64,000 nt of DNA from the NCBI RefSeq assembly GCF_009914755.1, contig NC_060936.1. One strand, given 5' to 3'. Source of the stretch: the human T2T-CHM13v2.0 reference genome, Homo sapiens. The translations under genes and the position numbers were made by a program. Positions within the stretch are counted from its first letter, which is position 1. Every line of letters starts with the position of its first letter. The notes beneath the pieces were generated by a model, which was not told the origin of the DNA, ran no database searches, and worked only from the letters and a program-made list of their open reading frames with translations. This document shows, one piece after another, positions 1 through 13,079 of the stretch.

Positions 1-69
1 GCAGTTTATTAAAAATCATGTTGAAAAACCCACAACATAATGTTGAATTAAAAAAACATAATCCCAGTC

Positions 70-103
70 TACACACACACACACACACACACGTGCACAC
101 ACA
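70..103. repeat. (CA)n microsatellite, interrupted
   Basis: Direct reading: acacacac...acgtgcacacaca. Confidence 0.9.
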
Positions 104-184
104 TAAATATATGACCAGAAATAAAATGCTGTACATTTAGCCATCAAAGTTTAACATATTTATGGATGATGGATTTCCAAGTAA

Positions 185-370
185 TTTTTATTTTCATTTT
201 TTATTTTACTATTATGTATGTATGTATGTATTTATTGAGACAAAATCTCACTCTGTCACCCAGGCTGGAGCGCAGTGGTGCGATCTTGGCTCACTGCAAC
301 CTCTATGTCCCAGTTTCAAGAGATTCTCCTGCTTCAGTCTCTGAGTAGCTAGGATTATAGGTGCACGCCA
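185..370 (-). mobile_element. Alu right-arm fragment with T-rich/(TATG)n tail
   Basis: tgagacaaaatctcactctgtcacccaggctggag...agctaggattataggtgcacgcca; left arm absent. Confidence 0.85.
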
Positions 371-1788
371 ATTTTTATTCTATTTTTGGTGGTTTTCTGT
401 GTTTTGCAAATTTTCTTCATAAAAAAAGAAAGATTTTTAGAAAGCATACTTTAATCATGTTGCTTCACGGGAAACCAGCTTTGATTCTTTACTGCCTAAA
501 AAGATAATGTCCAAATATCTTAATTTAGTAGTGAAGGCCCTTCAGAGCAGAGTCCCAACCTACTTACTCAAAGTTTTCTCCTAGTTGGCACAAACCCTTT
601 GTTGCAGTTAAAAGGATCTGCTCAAGGTCTGCTAGATGTGCTTGGTACTTTGCTGCATCTGTACTTTTTTTTTAATGCTAGGATCCTTTTCATGTCCCTT
701 ATTTTCCTATAATTTCCAAAATCCTTTAAGACATGATTTAAGTTCTATCTCTTACCTGAAGACCATGAGTGAGGGACGAGGTCTCCAAAAATGAATGACT
801 CTGTTATTCATTTAGCATTTACCACAGGATCCTTAGCATTATTACGGTTCTTTTTCTATGAGCCCATAACTTATCTCCCTAACTGGCACTTTTAAGCACT
901 TAGAAGACTTGTTCTGTAACTTGGAGTTCTTGGTATTCCCCTGACCTCCTATGCATATTGAGTATGCAATAAACATTTGTAGTAGTTTAGATCCAGGGTT
1001 ATTTCAAATAAATATAATTTTTGAAATTTGAAATAATTCTGGATCTCTCTTTCTCTATGCGTTCTATGTGCATTGAACTTGCTGAAGGAGTAACAGATTT
1101 TCAGCAGTTAATTTCCTATAAGGGAAAAATTTAAATAAACTTAATTATAAACTATTGCTTAAATATTTTTCCTGCACCAAAGGTCATTGGTTATTTTTGC
1201 TTCAGGGAACGTTCTCTTTTTACTGTCTCCTGAAATACAACTGAAATACAATGTAGCTTTCCTTTTCTTCTTTATTCCCTGGTCCCAAATATAATCTCCA
1301 CATGTGCTCTATCTTTGTAGGTGAAATACTTCCTGCCTCAGTGAAATCCGGCTCCCAGTGAATTTCTTTGGTTTAGAGAGCAACTTGAGGATTTTGCATT
1401 TGGCACCATTCAATTTCCTTGGCATCTCTCCATAGTCACCATTTAGAAGGCTCCTGGTCAGTAGGATTTCTCTCCCTCTTACACTCTGTAGAGATTAAAA
1501 AAGGATTGTATTACAGGGGCTTGGAAATGTGATGGAAAATGAAATTTGCTTTAGCAAAAATGGAAGCTTTTGAAACTCAAGTTGTTCTAACAGGACCCTT
1601 AGACAAGAATAGTTTTTAGGGGAGCAAAATGGCAGATACGGTTTAAGTTCCTTATTTAGATTGCCACTAAGAAATATTATGATGTGTAAAATCACTCACT
1701 CAAATAAAGTCATTTGCAAAACAATATGATTACATTTATGTATTTAAAAATATTGGTGCATACATACATATAAAGCAAGCTTGGATTA

Positions 1789-2146
<358 letters not shown>

Positions 2147-2290
2147 CTAAAGAGCTTATGGTCCATAGTAAATATTATTTTACTGTTTAATTTAAGAATT
2201 TAAACCATGTTAAAATTAAATTAGTATAAGGAAGTCCTAACAAGCTCTGATTTTTTTTTATATCTATGCATTTGTAAAAACACAAATTTC

Positions 2291-2431
2291 TTTTTTTTTT
2301 GACACGTGTATAAGATCTTTATTATCAAAAGTTTCTCTAAGAATTTCACTTTGGTAATTTTTTTTCATATCTCATTGAAATTTTAACCACATTTTCCTCC
2401 TTCTATTTTGTAAATTACTTAATAATGATTG
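2291..2431 (-). pseudogene. Short 5'-truncated retrocopy of an mRNA 3' end (processed-pseudogene fragment or orphan 3' transduction)
   Basis: Poly-T 2291-2300 (poly-A on -), tttatt (AATAAA on -) at 2318-2323, and near-identical 18-bp flanks aaaaacacaaa(t/a)ttcttt at 2276-2293 and 2432-2449. Confidence 0.7.
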
Positions 2432-2468
2432 AAAAACACAAAATTCTTTAATTTTTTTTTTTTGGTGG

Positions 2469-2584
2469 GGCCAGGCACAGTGGCACATGCCTGTAATTCC
2501 AGCTACTAGGGAGGCTGAGGCAGGAGGATTGCTTGAGCCCAGCAGTTCGAGATCAGCCCAGGCATCATTGTGAAATTTCATCTT
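2469..2584 (+). mobile_element. FLAM/FAM-type Alu monomer
   Basis: ggccaggcacagtggcacatgcctgtaattccagctactagggaggctgaggcaggaggattgcttgagccc. Confidence 0.8.
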
Positions 2585-2838
2585 TTGGGTGCTTTAAGCA
2601 CATACTTTCATGTTTCCATTGGGTTTTCTTTATATGAATATAAATGCACTGATAAATGCCTGGAAAGCAACACACCGAATCATTTATAGTGGTTACATCT
2701 GCAGAGAAGAATGGGCTGGGGCATGGGGAGTATTAGTGATGAAGAGGTACTTTTAAATTTTACCCAATTTTTTCCTAATCATCTATAATAAAAATGTAGC
2801 CATTTATTACATGCACAATGATTATAAGGAATAAAAAT

Positions 2839-3120
2839 AGCTGGGCACAGTGGCCCATGCCTGTAGTCCCAACACTTTGGGAGGTTAAGCAGGGCAGATC
2901 ACTTGAGCCTAGGACCAGCCTGGGCAACATGGCAAAACTGTGTCTCTACAAAAAATATAAAAATTAGCTGGGCATGGTGGTGCACGCCTGTAGTGCCAGC
3001 TACTCAGGAGGCTGAGGTGGGAGGATCGCTTGAGCTCAGATGATCAAGGCTGCAGTGACTGCACCACTGCGCATCAGCCTGGGTGGCAGAGCAAGAACCT
3101 CTCTCCAGAAAAAAAAAGAA
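2839..3120 (+). mobile_element. AluJ
   Basis: Dimeric Alu with J-type ggaggatcgcttgagctc / aggctgcagtga. Confidence 0.9.
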
Positions 3121-3344
3121 AGACTAAACAGACTGGGAAAATGAGAATGAAATGTCTCACCTTTCCTTTTGATATCAAAGTTCAATATTAAAGAGCTTAT
3201 ATTTGATGAATATTAACATGGTAACCTAGAGGGCAGTACCAATTATTCTCCAAGTTGAATGGATTGACTTACTATCCAATAACATGGCTAGACTGCTGCC
3301 TATTATTTTTTTTTTTTAGATATTGCTGCAAGTCATCACCACTG

Positions 3345-3570
3345 CTAATGTTCACTGAGCCCTTATAGTCTGCCAGCCACTAGTTCAGAGTTCTACATGT
3401 ATTAATGTGTTGAACTCTCACAAAAATCCTGTGAAGTGGGTATTATTATTATTGTAATTTTTATAGTGAAGAGATAGAGGTTGGAGATTAGCTGTCTTGT
3501 ATGAGCTGGGTCGCACAGCCAGCAAGTGATGAAACTGAGATGTGTCACTGGCAGTCTGACTTCAGATTCT
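3345..3570 (-). mobile_element. MIR
   Basis: Reverse complement of the MIR core (ctcacaaaaatcctgtgaagtgggtattatt...cacagccagcaagtg...cagtctgacttcaga). Confidence 0.75.
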
Positions 3571-4844
3571 GCATAGGAAAGAGGAAGGGAGTAGAGCCAG
3601 TCTGTGGTTTAAGATTTTTATTTGATTTAATAGTTGGTATATACACTTTTGTCTAACTGGAAGGTGACTAAAGGCATCTGGGTCTGGTTGATGTGCTGGT
3701 TGAAAATTACTATTATTATGAGGATGATTATTATAGTATTTAGTAATTATGCAGTGCTTTATACTTCAAAGAGCTATGCTGTGTAATCATTTATTAGCTA
3801 TGTCTCACAACATCTCTAAGATATAAAGATGCATTTATCATGCATATTTTGCAGAAAGAGAAGCTGAGGCAAGGTAAGATGGGCAGTGTTTTGATAAAAA
3901 AGGAGTAAGAGTGGAAGGCAACCTCTTAAATTCCTGATACTACGTAATTCAATGTGGACAACAGAAATTTAATTAATTTAAGCCTTTTAAAGAAAAGTGC
4001 CAGTTCCAGTACTTTTTCATGATATTTAGTTAAAAATTAAATGTAAAATATACCAAAGGTTGATGAGCATTCCCTTTTAAGTTCTCTATTTTTGAACTTT
4101 CTCTGCATTTGTGTCAATGTGACATTTTTGCTCAAATTCAACCTTGACATCTCCCATTTCTCCACGCAAGCAGGATTTGACTAGAGATACTGGTTTTCAC
4201 TGTCAGTATTATATGGCTTCAAATTTCTTCCGTTGTTTGTGAAACCACGTGCATAGGATTCGTTATGATAACTTTCAACAGAAACAAACTTCATGCAAGA
4301 ACTATATGGGAATTAAAAGAAGTTTTAGACATGTGGCAGTTTGTCCATTTCAAAAATGATTATAAACATGTCAATATGAGGGGTGGGAGAGGGAAAAGGA
4401 TCTATGTGGGTTTATTATAGTGACCTGTAAAAGGCCTGGAAGAGATTTATACATTCTTCTATAAATCTGGTTGTCTCTTTCAGTTGGGAGGCAGTCATGG
4501 CCATGGCACATAGAAAAGGATCAATAAATATTAGTTTAGTGGTTATGAGTGTGTCTCTGGGGACAGACTGCTTGGATTCTAATCCTGACCTCATCATTTG
4601 CTAGCTACCTGAACTAGCTTTGCTTGTGTCTCCATCCAGGAAAAAATAAATTAAAAAAATATATATATACCCTATAGGGTCGTTTGTCATCAAATCTATT
4701 TAAGTAATTGCTATTATTCATTTTTTGTCTTTCCAAGGCTGTTGACAAATAACATTAGCTACAACTCCATTAAAACGTTGGTGGTAATGATATTTATAAT
4801 TTGATGTCTGCACTTGCCTTGCTTGTTTAGAAATGGTACAACGT

Positions 4845-5145
4845 GGCCAGGCATGGTGGCTTACACCTGTAATCCCAGCACTTTGGGAGGCTGAGGCGGG
4901 CATATCACCTGAAGTCAGAAGTTCTAGACCAGCCTGGCCCAACATGGTGAAACCCGGTCTCTACTAAAAATACAAAAATTAACCGGGCATGGTAGTGGGC
5001 ACCTGTAATCCCAGCTACTCGGGAGACTGAGGCAGGAGAATCACTTGAACTTGAGAGGCGGAGGTTGCGGTGAGCTGAGATCGTGCCACTGCACTCCAGG
5101 CTGGGTGACAGAATGAAACTCTGTCTCAAAAAAAAAAAAAAAAAA
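4845..5145 (+). mobile_element. AluS (Sx-like)
   Basis: Full dimer with A-tail. Confidence 0.95.
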
Positions 5146-5922
5146 GTACAGTGTAGTACCCCACAATTGCTATCCCAGAAAAACAATTTAAAATTACCTC
5201 AAAATACATTGAATAGTTATGAGCACATGTAAAATATATAAGGCAAAATTCTATACTTGTTTCTTTAAAACATCCATATGATGTTTTGGGACCAGTGGTC
5301 CCAAACTCTGTCTACCATAAAGATACCACATGTGGGTAAGGCCAACTCATTGCACTGTTTGATGAAGAGAGATGCTGCATCTAGCTAAAGTCACTGATGC
5401 CTTGTGGATGCATGCCAGATGTCTGCCAGAGTGTTTAAATTTTCAAGGGATGCCAGAAATTGGGATTTTTTTTTACATGACATTTCTCAATTTTAAAATT
5501 TTGACTCAATTTATTTCATGGTACAAAACTCTCTGGATCAAACAATACATTTGTCAAATCTTTGCCATAAATATTTACACTAATACATATGTACTAGTTA
5601 CACTGTGCTGTTATTCAAAGCAAATGTTTTTGAGGCATGAATAAAAGATGAGGAAGACAAAATATAAAAAGGTCTTCAGAAACTCACAAGTCTAGTGGGG
5701 AGATAGGCAACAATGTCACAGAAAAGAGTGAAAAGTGTCACAGTAGAGTGTGGAAGTTAGAACTTAAGCTGTGTGGTTAGGATCAGATCTGCATTAAACC
5801 AACAAACAAAATCAAAGAACCCCATTATTTCAAAGCTTGGCAAAGGTTGGACACCCAAGTAGATGGCTCTTTTGTTTAACAAAACACCTTAATGGATTTT
5901 GGGGGTAGGAGCTATGCATAGA

Positions 5923-6060
5923 CAGGGCCACAGCCTTGCACAGTTCCAGGGGGCATCATTTGTGTTTGTCACCTCTTGAGCATCATTCATGTTGTATTCT
6001 TTGTGAATAGCACCCCCTGGAATTGCACAACATGGTAATTGTGTCAATAAAGGTGGCCTG
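5923..6060. mobile_element. MER91-like palindromic hAT MITE
   Basis: cagggcc... ends; internal inverted pair ttccagggggc / caccccctggaa. Confidence 0.65.
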
Positions 6061-6679
6061 GAGTCTGGCCTGAGATGAGGATTGAGAGTTAAATCCTTCT
6101 ACATAATAAAGTAAAAGGAATTTTAAGTCTTTCCTAGTGGGTAGAGGCAGGCGGGTAGAGGGATGCCTGGAATGGACAGAAGAAAAGGGTTAGGAGAAAA
6201 GACATCTCTAAGATGAGGATGGGCCAGCAATTTGGCAACAACCTGGAGCCGAATGAGCCTGGTGAGAGATTGCTTGTAATTTTTGCAAGAGATGCATACA
6301 ATCCTCTGTCATCTTCTACCTCCAGGAGACACTGGTAAATGAAGTCAAACAACTTTTTCTTTGGCACTCTTCTTTATGAATCAGGAGATAATTGGGAAAG
6401 ACTTCACCGTCCAGAATCACACAGCAACACTTGCCTAAACATACAATGCCTTAATAACTTGCCTTTTTACTGTTTTTCTTTAAAAAGCTGAAAGTGCTTA
6501 CACTTTCATTTCCTCATTTGTTCTGACATTCCAGTGTGGGTGGGGCAGATTTATGATAACATTATTTATAGATGGAGAAATCGAAATAGAGATTAAATCG
6601 CTTAATCAATGTTGCATAGCTGGGGCAGTGGAGCCCACAGTGGAATTTGGTTCTCCAGGCTCCAGCCACGAAGTGGAAA

Positions 6680-6890
6680 GAACATGAGTTTTGGAATTAG
6701 AGGGATCTTTGCACAATCCTGATTCTGCCCCTTAACAAGAATGTGGCCTTAAGTCAATTACTTCACCTAAGTCTCAGTTATCCTCATCTCTAAAATTAAG
6801 ACCATAAAACCTCATAGCAATGTAGTGAAGATTAATTTAGAAAACGCGTGTAAAGCCTTGGCATAGAGTAATTCCCAAATAATATTAGTT
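6680..6890 (+). mobile_element. MIR
   Basis: gtcaattacttcacctaagtctcagttatcctcatctctaaaat...gtaaagccttggcatagagt. Confidence 0.65.
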
Positions 6891-7145
6891 CCACCCCCAA
6901 CCCAGTATTATCTGGTTACATTTCAGTACAAATTTAAAGTAATCAAAATGAATCCTCCATTATAGTAATTTTTTTTCTAGCCTCATCTTCTTTCACTGAG
7001 AGCAAAACATGAATAAAAATCCTTCAATAGGTCATTTAATTCAACGGCAAGAACTTTTGCTCCGGTAAGAGTTATCCCTGTTGGAAAAAATTAGAAAAAA
7101 AGAGGAATATGTGGAAGACAAGATATTAGTTCTTAATATCTTATG

Positions 7146-7394
7146 CAGTGGTTCTTAAACTTGACAGTATATCAGAATCTCCTGGAGGGCCTGTTAAAAC
7201 ACAGATTGCTGGGTCCCACCCCAGAGCTTCTGATTCATAAGATCTGGGGCGGGACCCAGTAATGTGCATCTGTAACAAGTTCACAGATGATGTTGAGAGG
7301 CTTAGTCCAGGGACTTCTAGGGGTGGGGCCCAGCAATCTGTTTTAACAAGCCCTTTAGGTGGTTCTGATGCACTCTCAAATTTGAGAACCACTG
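7146..7394. mobile_element. Composite MER5A (hAT-Charlie MITE), fold-back arrangement
   Basis: cagtggttct...agaaccactg termini; MER5A in one orientation 7146-~7315 followed by an opposite-orientation half 7316-7394. Confidence 0.8.
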
Positions 7395-7889
7395 GGATAG
7401 TGGTGAAAAGCATCTGAGAATATGGTCTGCAAATTCAAACCCAGGCGGCTCCATTTACCAGTTAGATGACCAGATTAAATGACTAACCTCTAGCACCTCT
7501 GCATCCCACACAGAGCCTGATAATATCTGTGATTCAGGATTCCTCTCACTATCCCTTTAGGCCTTGAGTAAAAAGAGATGTCGGTGAGTCCTGCCAACCC
7601 ACGCTGTTTTTTACTTCTTCACACTCTGAGGCACAAAAGGCTGCTTGAATTTGAGTATTACGGAAGTATTTGCCAACACTTCTGCGATCACAAAAATAAA
7701 GTAAGAAAGCCCTGTAAATAAAGCCAAGAGCAGTGGCATTGTTTGCATCTTAAATTTGTAATAATGGGTTTTCAACTTTTTTCCTTTCCCCTGCCTTTCA
7801 TAGTAGAAACATTTAAAAATCTTCCCCGCCACCCCCCCCCCCCCCCCCCCCAGTTTCAAGAGATGTTAGTACATTTGTTTTGCAGATAG

Positions 7890-8427
<538 letters not shown>

Positions 8428-9149
8428 AACCCCTACTCTTTCTTATTTCCTTAACTAATCTTTTCTATTGCCTATTGCTGATGAGGTATAAGAATCGTTA
8501 ACTTTTATCCAATGCCAGACATTCTGAAATGTTTATCATGCATTATCATTTTGGATTCCTACAATGCAGAGATGATTTTATAACTTGCCAGGGTGAAAAA
8601 ATAAAAGTAAATAAAAGGAGACAAGCAAAAAGATTCCAGATCCCCACCCCAACCCCCCCAACCCCCCAACCCCAGCTCTCGCCTCTGTTGAAGTCACCAG
8701 TGATGACAGAATATAGGAATATAGTTTGAGCCCTGTTTTTAAATAATTTCAAAATCTTGGTATAGGTAGATGAGATTTATACACACGTGAATTAAAATCA
8801 ACCAACATTTGTGAGATTGGGTTTGGTATCTTTGACCGTTTTTCTCCCCTGCAAGACGTAGATAATAGCACCAACCCCAAGGAGTTTGGGGATGATTAAA
8901 TAAGTTAATGCACCCGAAGGGACTTAATACAGTGCCTACCACGTAGTAAGCGTTCAATAAATGTTAACTATTATCATTATTTTTTAAAGGAGGCAGATTG
9001 GAGCGTAGAGTACACTGAAGGGAGTCGGGAGGCCGGGTGTAGGCACTGGATTCTTGCACCTAATTCTCCGAGCCTCGGTTTCCTTATTTGTAAAATTAGC
9101 TGGCTGGAGTAAAACAACTCAAACAGCAGTTAAAGCAAAGGGTGCAGCA

Positions 9150-10070
9150 GTAGCCGGGGAATCGAGGAGGCGCGGGGCGGAAAGGGTTAGTTAGGAGCCC
9201 AGAGGCTGATCTGTGGGCGCCCGGCGAGAGAGGCCCCGCCCCGCCCTGGAGGCCCTGGCAGCTCCGGGCTGAGAGCAGTTCCGGTGCCAAAACCCTTCCC
9301 TCCCCCGCTCCCCCGGAAGTGCTTTTCCAGGATTCGGGCCGGAGAGAGGCCTTGTAGGCACAGCGGCTGAGACTCGATCTGCTCCAAGTAGGGGCTCCAG
9401 CGCGGGTCGGAGTCTGGGGGTTCGCGCCCGCCGACCCGCGCCCTGCTCCCTCTCAGCACCTGGGCGGACGGTGAGTGGCTAGGGAAACGGACTGGGACGG
9501 CCGCGGGCCCGCGTCGGAGCTGGCGTTCTCGTGCCCCCGCTGCCCGCTTCGGGATCCGGGCTGAGGGCTCGGCTGCCGGCGTCCGGGGAAGGGGATTGTC
9601 GACCGCCGCGGACTTCTCCGGGCCAGCGGGACGGGAAGAGCTGGCTGTGGGTCCATGGGGTGGGCGGGGCGGAGCCAGGGAGGGGGTTCCCAGAGCTGTT
9701 GTTGCTGTTGGGACTCGAGAGTGGGGATGGGCTGGGCCTCTGTTCGTCCGTCCGACCCCCCTCATGTGTGCTGCCCCAAACCTCGCCGCTCCCTAGTTTG
9801 GTATTCTGTGTCCGGCCTGGGGTAGTAGCTGGACACCAGACTCAATCTTGGGCTCCAGTTCCCGACTTTTCGCCTCCTCTGGGTCTGTCCTGGGGTCAGT
9901 AATTAACCCGGGTCCCAGGGGTGTCGTCTTTTCCCTCCAGGGTGGGGCGCTGCCTGTACATGCCAGGGATCTTTTGCAGGGCTTTTCATCCAGATTTGCT
10001 TCAGGGTTGTCCGGGATCGATTTGGACTGGGCTCGGAACCGGTCCTGGATACGTAGGTCGCTGTGGCACC
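9150..10070 (+). promoter_or_regulatory. CpG-island promoter, TATA-less
   Basis: Abrupt rise in GC and CpG; GC boxes at ~9172-9180 and 9234-9246; ETS/GABP-type CCGGAAGTG at 9313-9321. Confidence 0.9.
9320..9470 (+). other. Non-coding first exon (5' UTR) of an unidentified gene; 5' end approximate
   Basis: Lies just downstream of the ETS motif, has no ATG, and ends at a consensus donor ACG|GTGAGT (9470|9471); the sequence that follows is T-rich and intron-like. Confidence 0.75.
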
Positions 10071-11004
10071 AGCATGCTCTGTATCATCTTTACTCACTTG
10101 AAAGCTTGCTGAAGCTGTTGTTGAAGTAAACTTAAAGAAAAAACTTGCTTAAGGAAAATCAGTAGTTTAGACACCCCCTCCCCCGCCTTTTTTTGCAGAC
10201 ATACTAAAAAAAAAAAGATGCTTTTCTCTAATCTACACTCTTAATTCTTTTGGCTATCTGATGTCACAGTTGTATGATGAGTTCATTCAGAGGCTGTACG
10301 AATTGATTTTAAAGAGTTGGACAGTTATATCCTTTCTCCCAAAGTTTGTTTACCTTCATATTTGGAACTGTCATTTTTCTTAAGGAAAAATTGTTCTTGG
10401 ATTTTCTTGAGAGATTCCTTACACTGTTAAAATTGTTGCTGCAATGCAGAGTTTCACACAGGTGGGCAGAGATGTTTTGTTTAAACTTATTCCATGAAGT
10501 GTTTACTTCGGATAAACTGAGGATTTCCTAGGGGAGAAAGTGATGTAGGTAGGTTTAGTGAACAGATTTTAGGTAGTAAACTTTACTGCTGAAAGGTTTG
10601 TAGGAAATATGGGTTTTCCACAATAAATGGTGATTTAAAAACTTTTTATAAGGGAATGCAGTTACTGCAGATTATTGCTATTAGCAGATGGCCACTGTTT
10701 TTGCAGCGTAAAGTATTCACAAATCACCTTCTTGAAACCAGTGACGCTATCTGCAACTCTCATCTTGTGTGTAGATTAGGGTTTATTCTGTAGTTTTTTG
10801 GGTACTTATGTCATTCTCTTTCCTCCCACCCCTGAAAGGGGAGGTGGTATCATGAATCAGGAAAAATAGACTGAAGTGACAAGTTCAGTGAGCTTTTCCT
10901 ATGCAAAGGAAAATTTATTTCAAGGTTGTTGATTTTGAACAGGCAAAGGGTAGATGATTTTTAAAGTCCTTGGAAAAAATTGTGGAGAGATTAGCTGCAC
11001 AACT

Positions 11005-11357
<353 letters not shown>

Positions 11358-12039
11358 TAGAAACTGTAGATTCTTCCACATGTGAAGTACTTAATTATTT
11401 AGAGCATAAGATTGGAATATTGGAATTGAGAGAATCTGGAAAAATAGTTAAGTTAGATGTAGTTACAGATTTGCAGGTATGACAATGTATTTTTAAGGGA
11501 AATACTTCAAGAGTTTTAAGAGCAGAGAAAGGTGATTGGGGAAAATCAGATACTGATTGTATTTTTATATTATACAAGTCAATTCAACAAACACTGAGCA
11601 TTTGCTATGCATGTTATGCTATGTTATGCATAGCATGCTATTTGCTATGCTATGTTAGGTAACTATGTAAGGAGCAAATAAAGGTATAGCCATAACAGTT
11701 GAGTTTCATGTTTTGGTAATAATTTCTGAAATCATGAAGAGTTGAGTTGTATTCTTTAGGCATACTAACAATTTTTTTTGTAATTGGGACTTAACATTGG
11801 CGATGGGTGTTGAGTGCTTCATGAAAAGCGCTATACTAGGCATTTTAGGATATAAAGATTAAACTTTTGGTTTTTAGGAATTTGAAATCTAGAAGGGGAT
11901 ATAAGATTTGTGTAAACATTTACAACATAAACATTTGTAAATACTTATGGGTGGTTTGAGGTAAAGTTTGGAGTAAATTATACAAAAGAAGAAAGGGTTC
12001 ATTTTTAGCTTAAGTAATGGAAATTTGTGGAGATAGCTC

Positions 12040-12260
12040 AGAAGCTACTGTTTATTGAGCATTTACTGAACAGACTTAATGCTAGTTGCTGTTTACAGCA
12101 TTTTCTTAGCTTCACAGCAATATGTAAGTACCTTAATAATGAGGACAGTGAGGCTCAAATATGTTAAGTTACTTGCCTGGGCTATGTGGCTAGCATGTAA
12201 CAGCCCCAATTTGAATCCAAATCTGTCTGGTGCCAAAGCCTGTGTGTTTCTACTGCATCA
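12040..12260 (-). mobile_element. MIR (among L2 fragments)
   Basis: tttattgagcatttact...gaggacagtgaggctcaaatatgttaagttacttgcc...tttgaatccaaatctgtctgg. Confidence 0.65.
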
Positions 12261-12663
12261 TGTTGCTCCCCAATAAACTGGTAACCTGAGTTTAATGTTA
12301 CAGAGAATAAGACTTTTCTAAGACAAAGATTTATGGATTGGGAGTAGGTGGGTGAAGAAGGCCTTTCAAATAAAGAGAATGATGTGAGCAGAAGTGTGGA
12401 GGTGGGAAAGTTCATTGTGTACTTGGAGAAAAGTTAGTGGACCAGATTACCTGGAATATACTGTTCATTTTTGGGAATTAGAGATGAGGTTTGAATTTTA
12501 AGTGGGGGCAGGATTGTGGAGCATGTTTAAGTGCTGCTTTTAGAAGTTTGACATTTGGGGAAAAAAAGTTCGACGTTTGGGAGGTAATGAGAAGTTACCA
12601 AGGTCTAATAGAGTAGTGTGCAGAATGATTTGATGTGGAAAGCTGACTTTCAATGTAGTATAA

Positions 12664-13079
<416 letters not shown>

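Noticed and set aside
9187-9902. 192-aa (-) and 123-aa (+) ORFs over the CpG island
   Set aside because: Pro/Arg/Gly-rich, stop-poor frames typical of GC-rich DNA; they cross the splice donor or lie in the intron and resemble no known protein.
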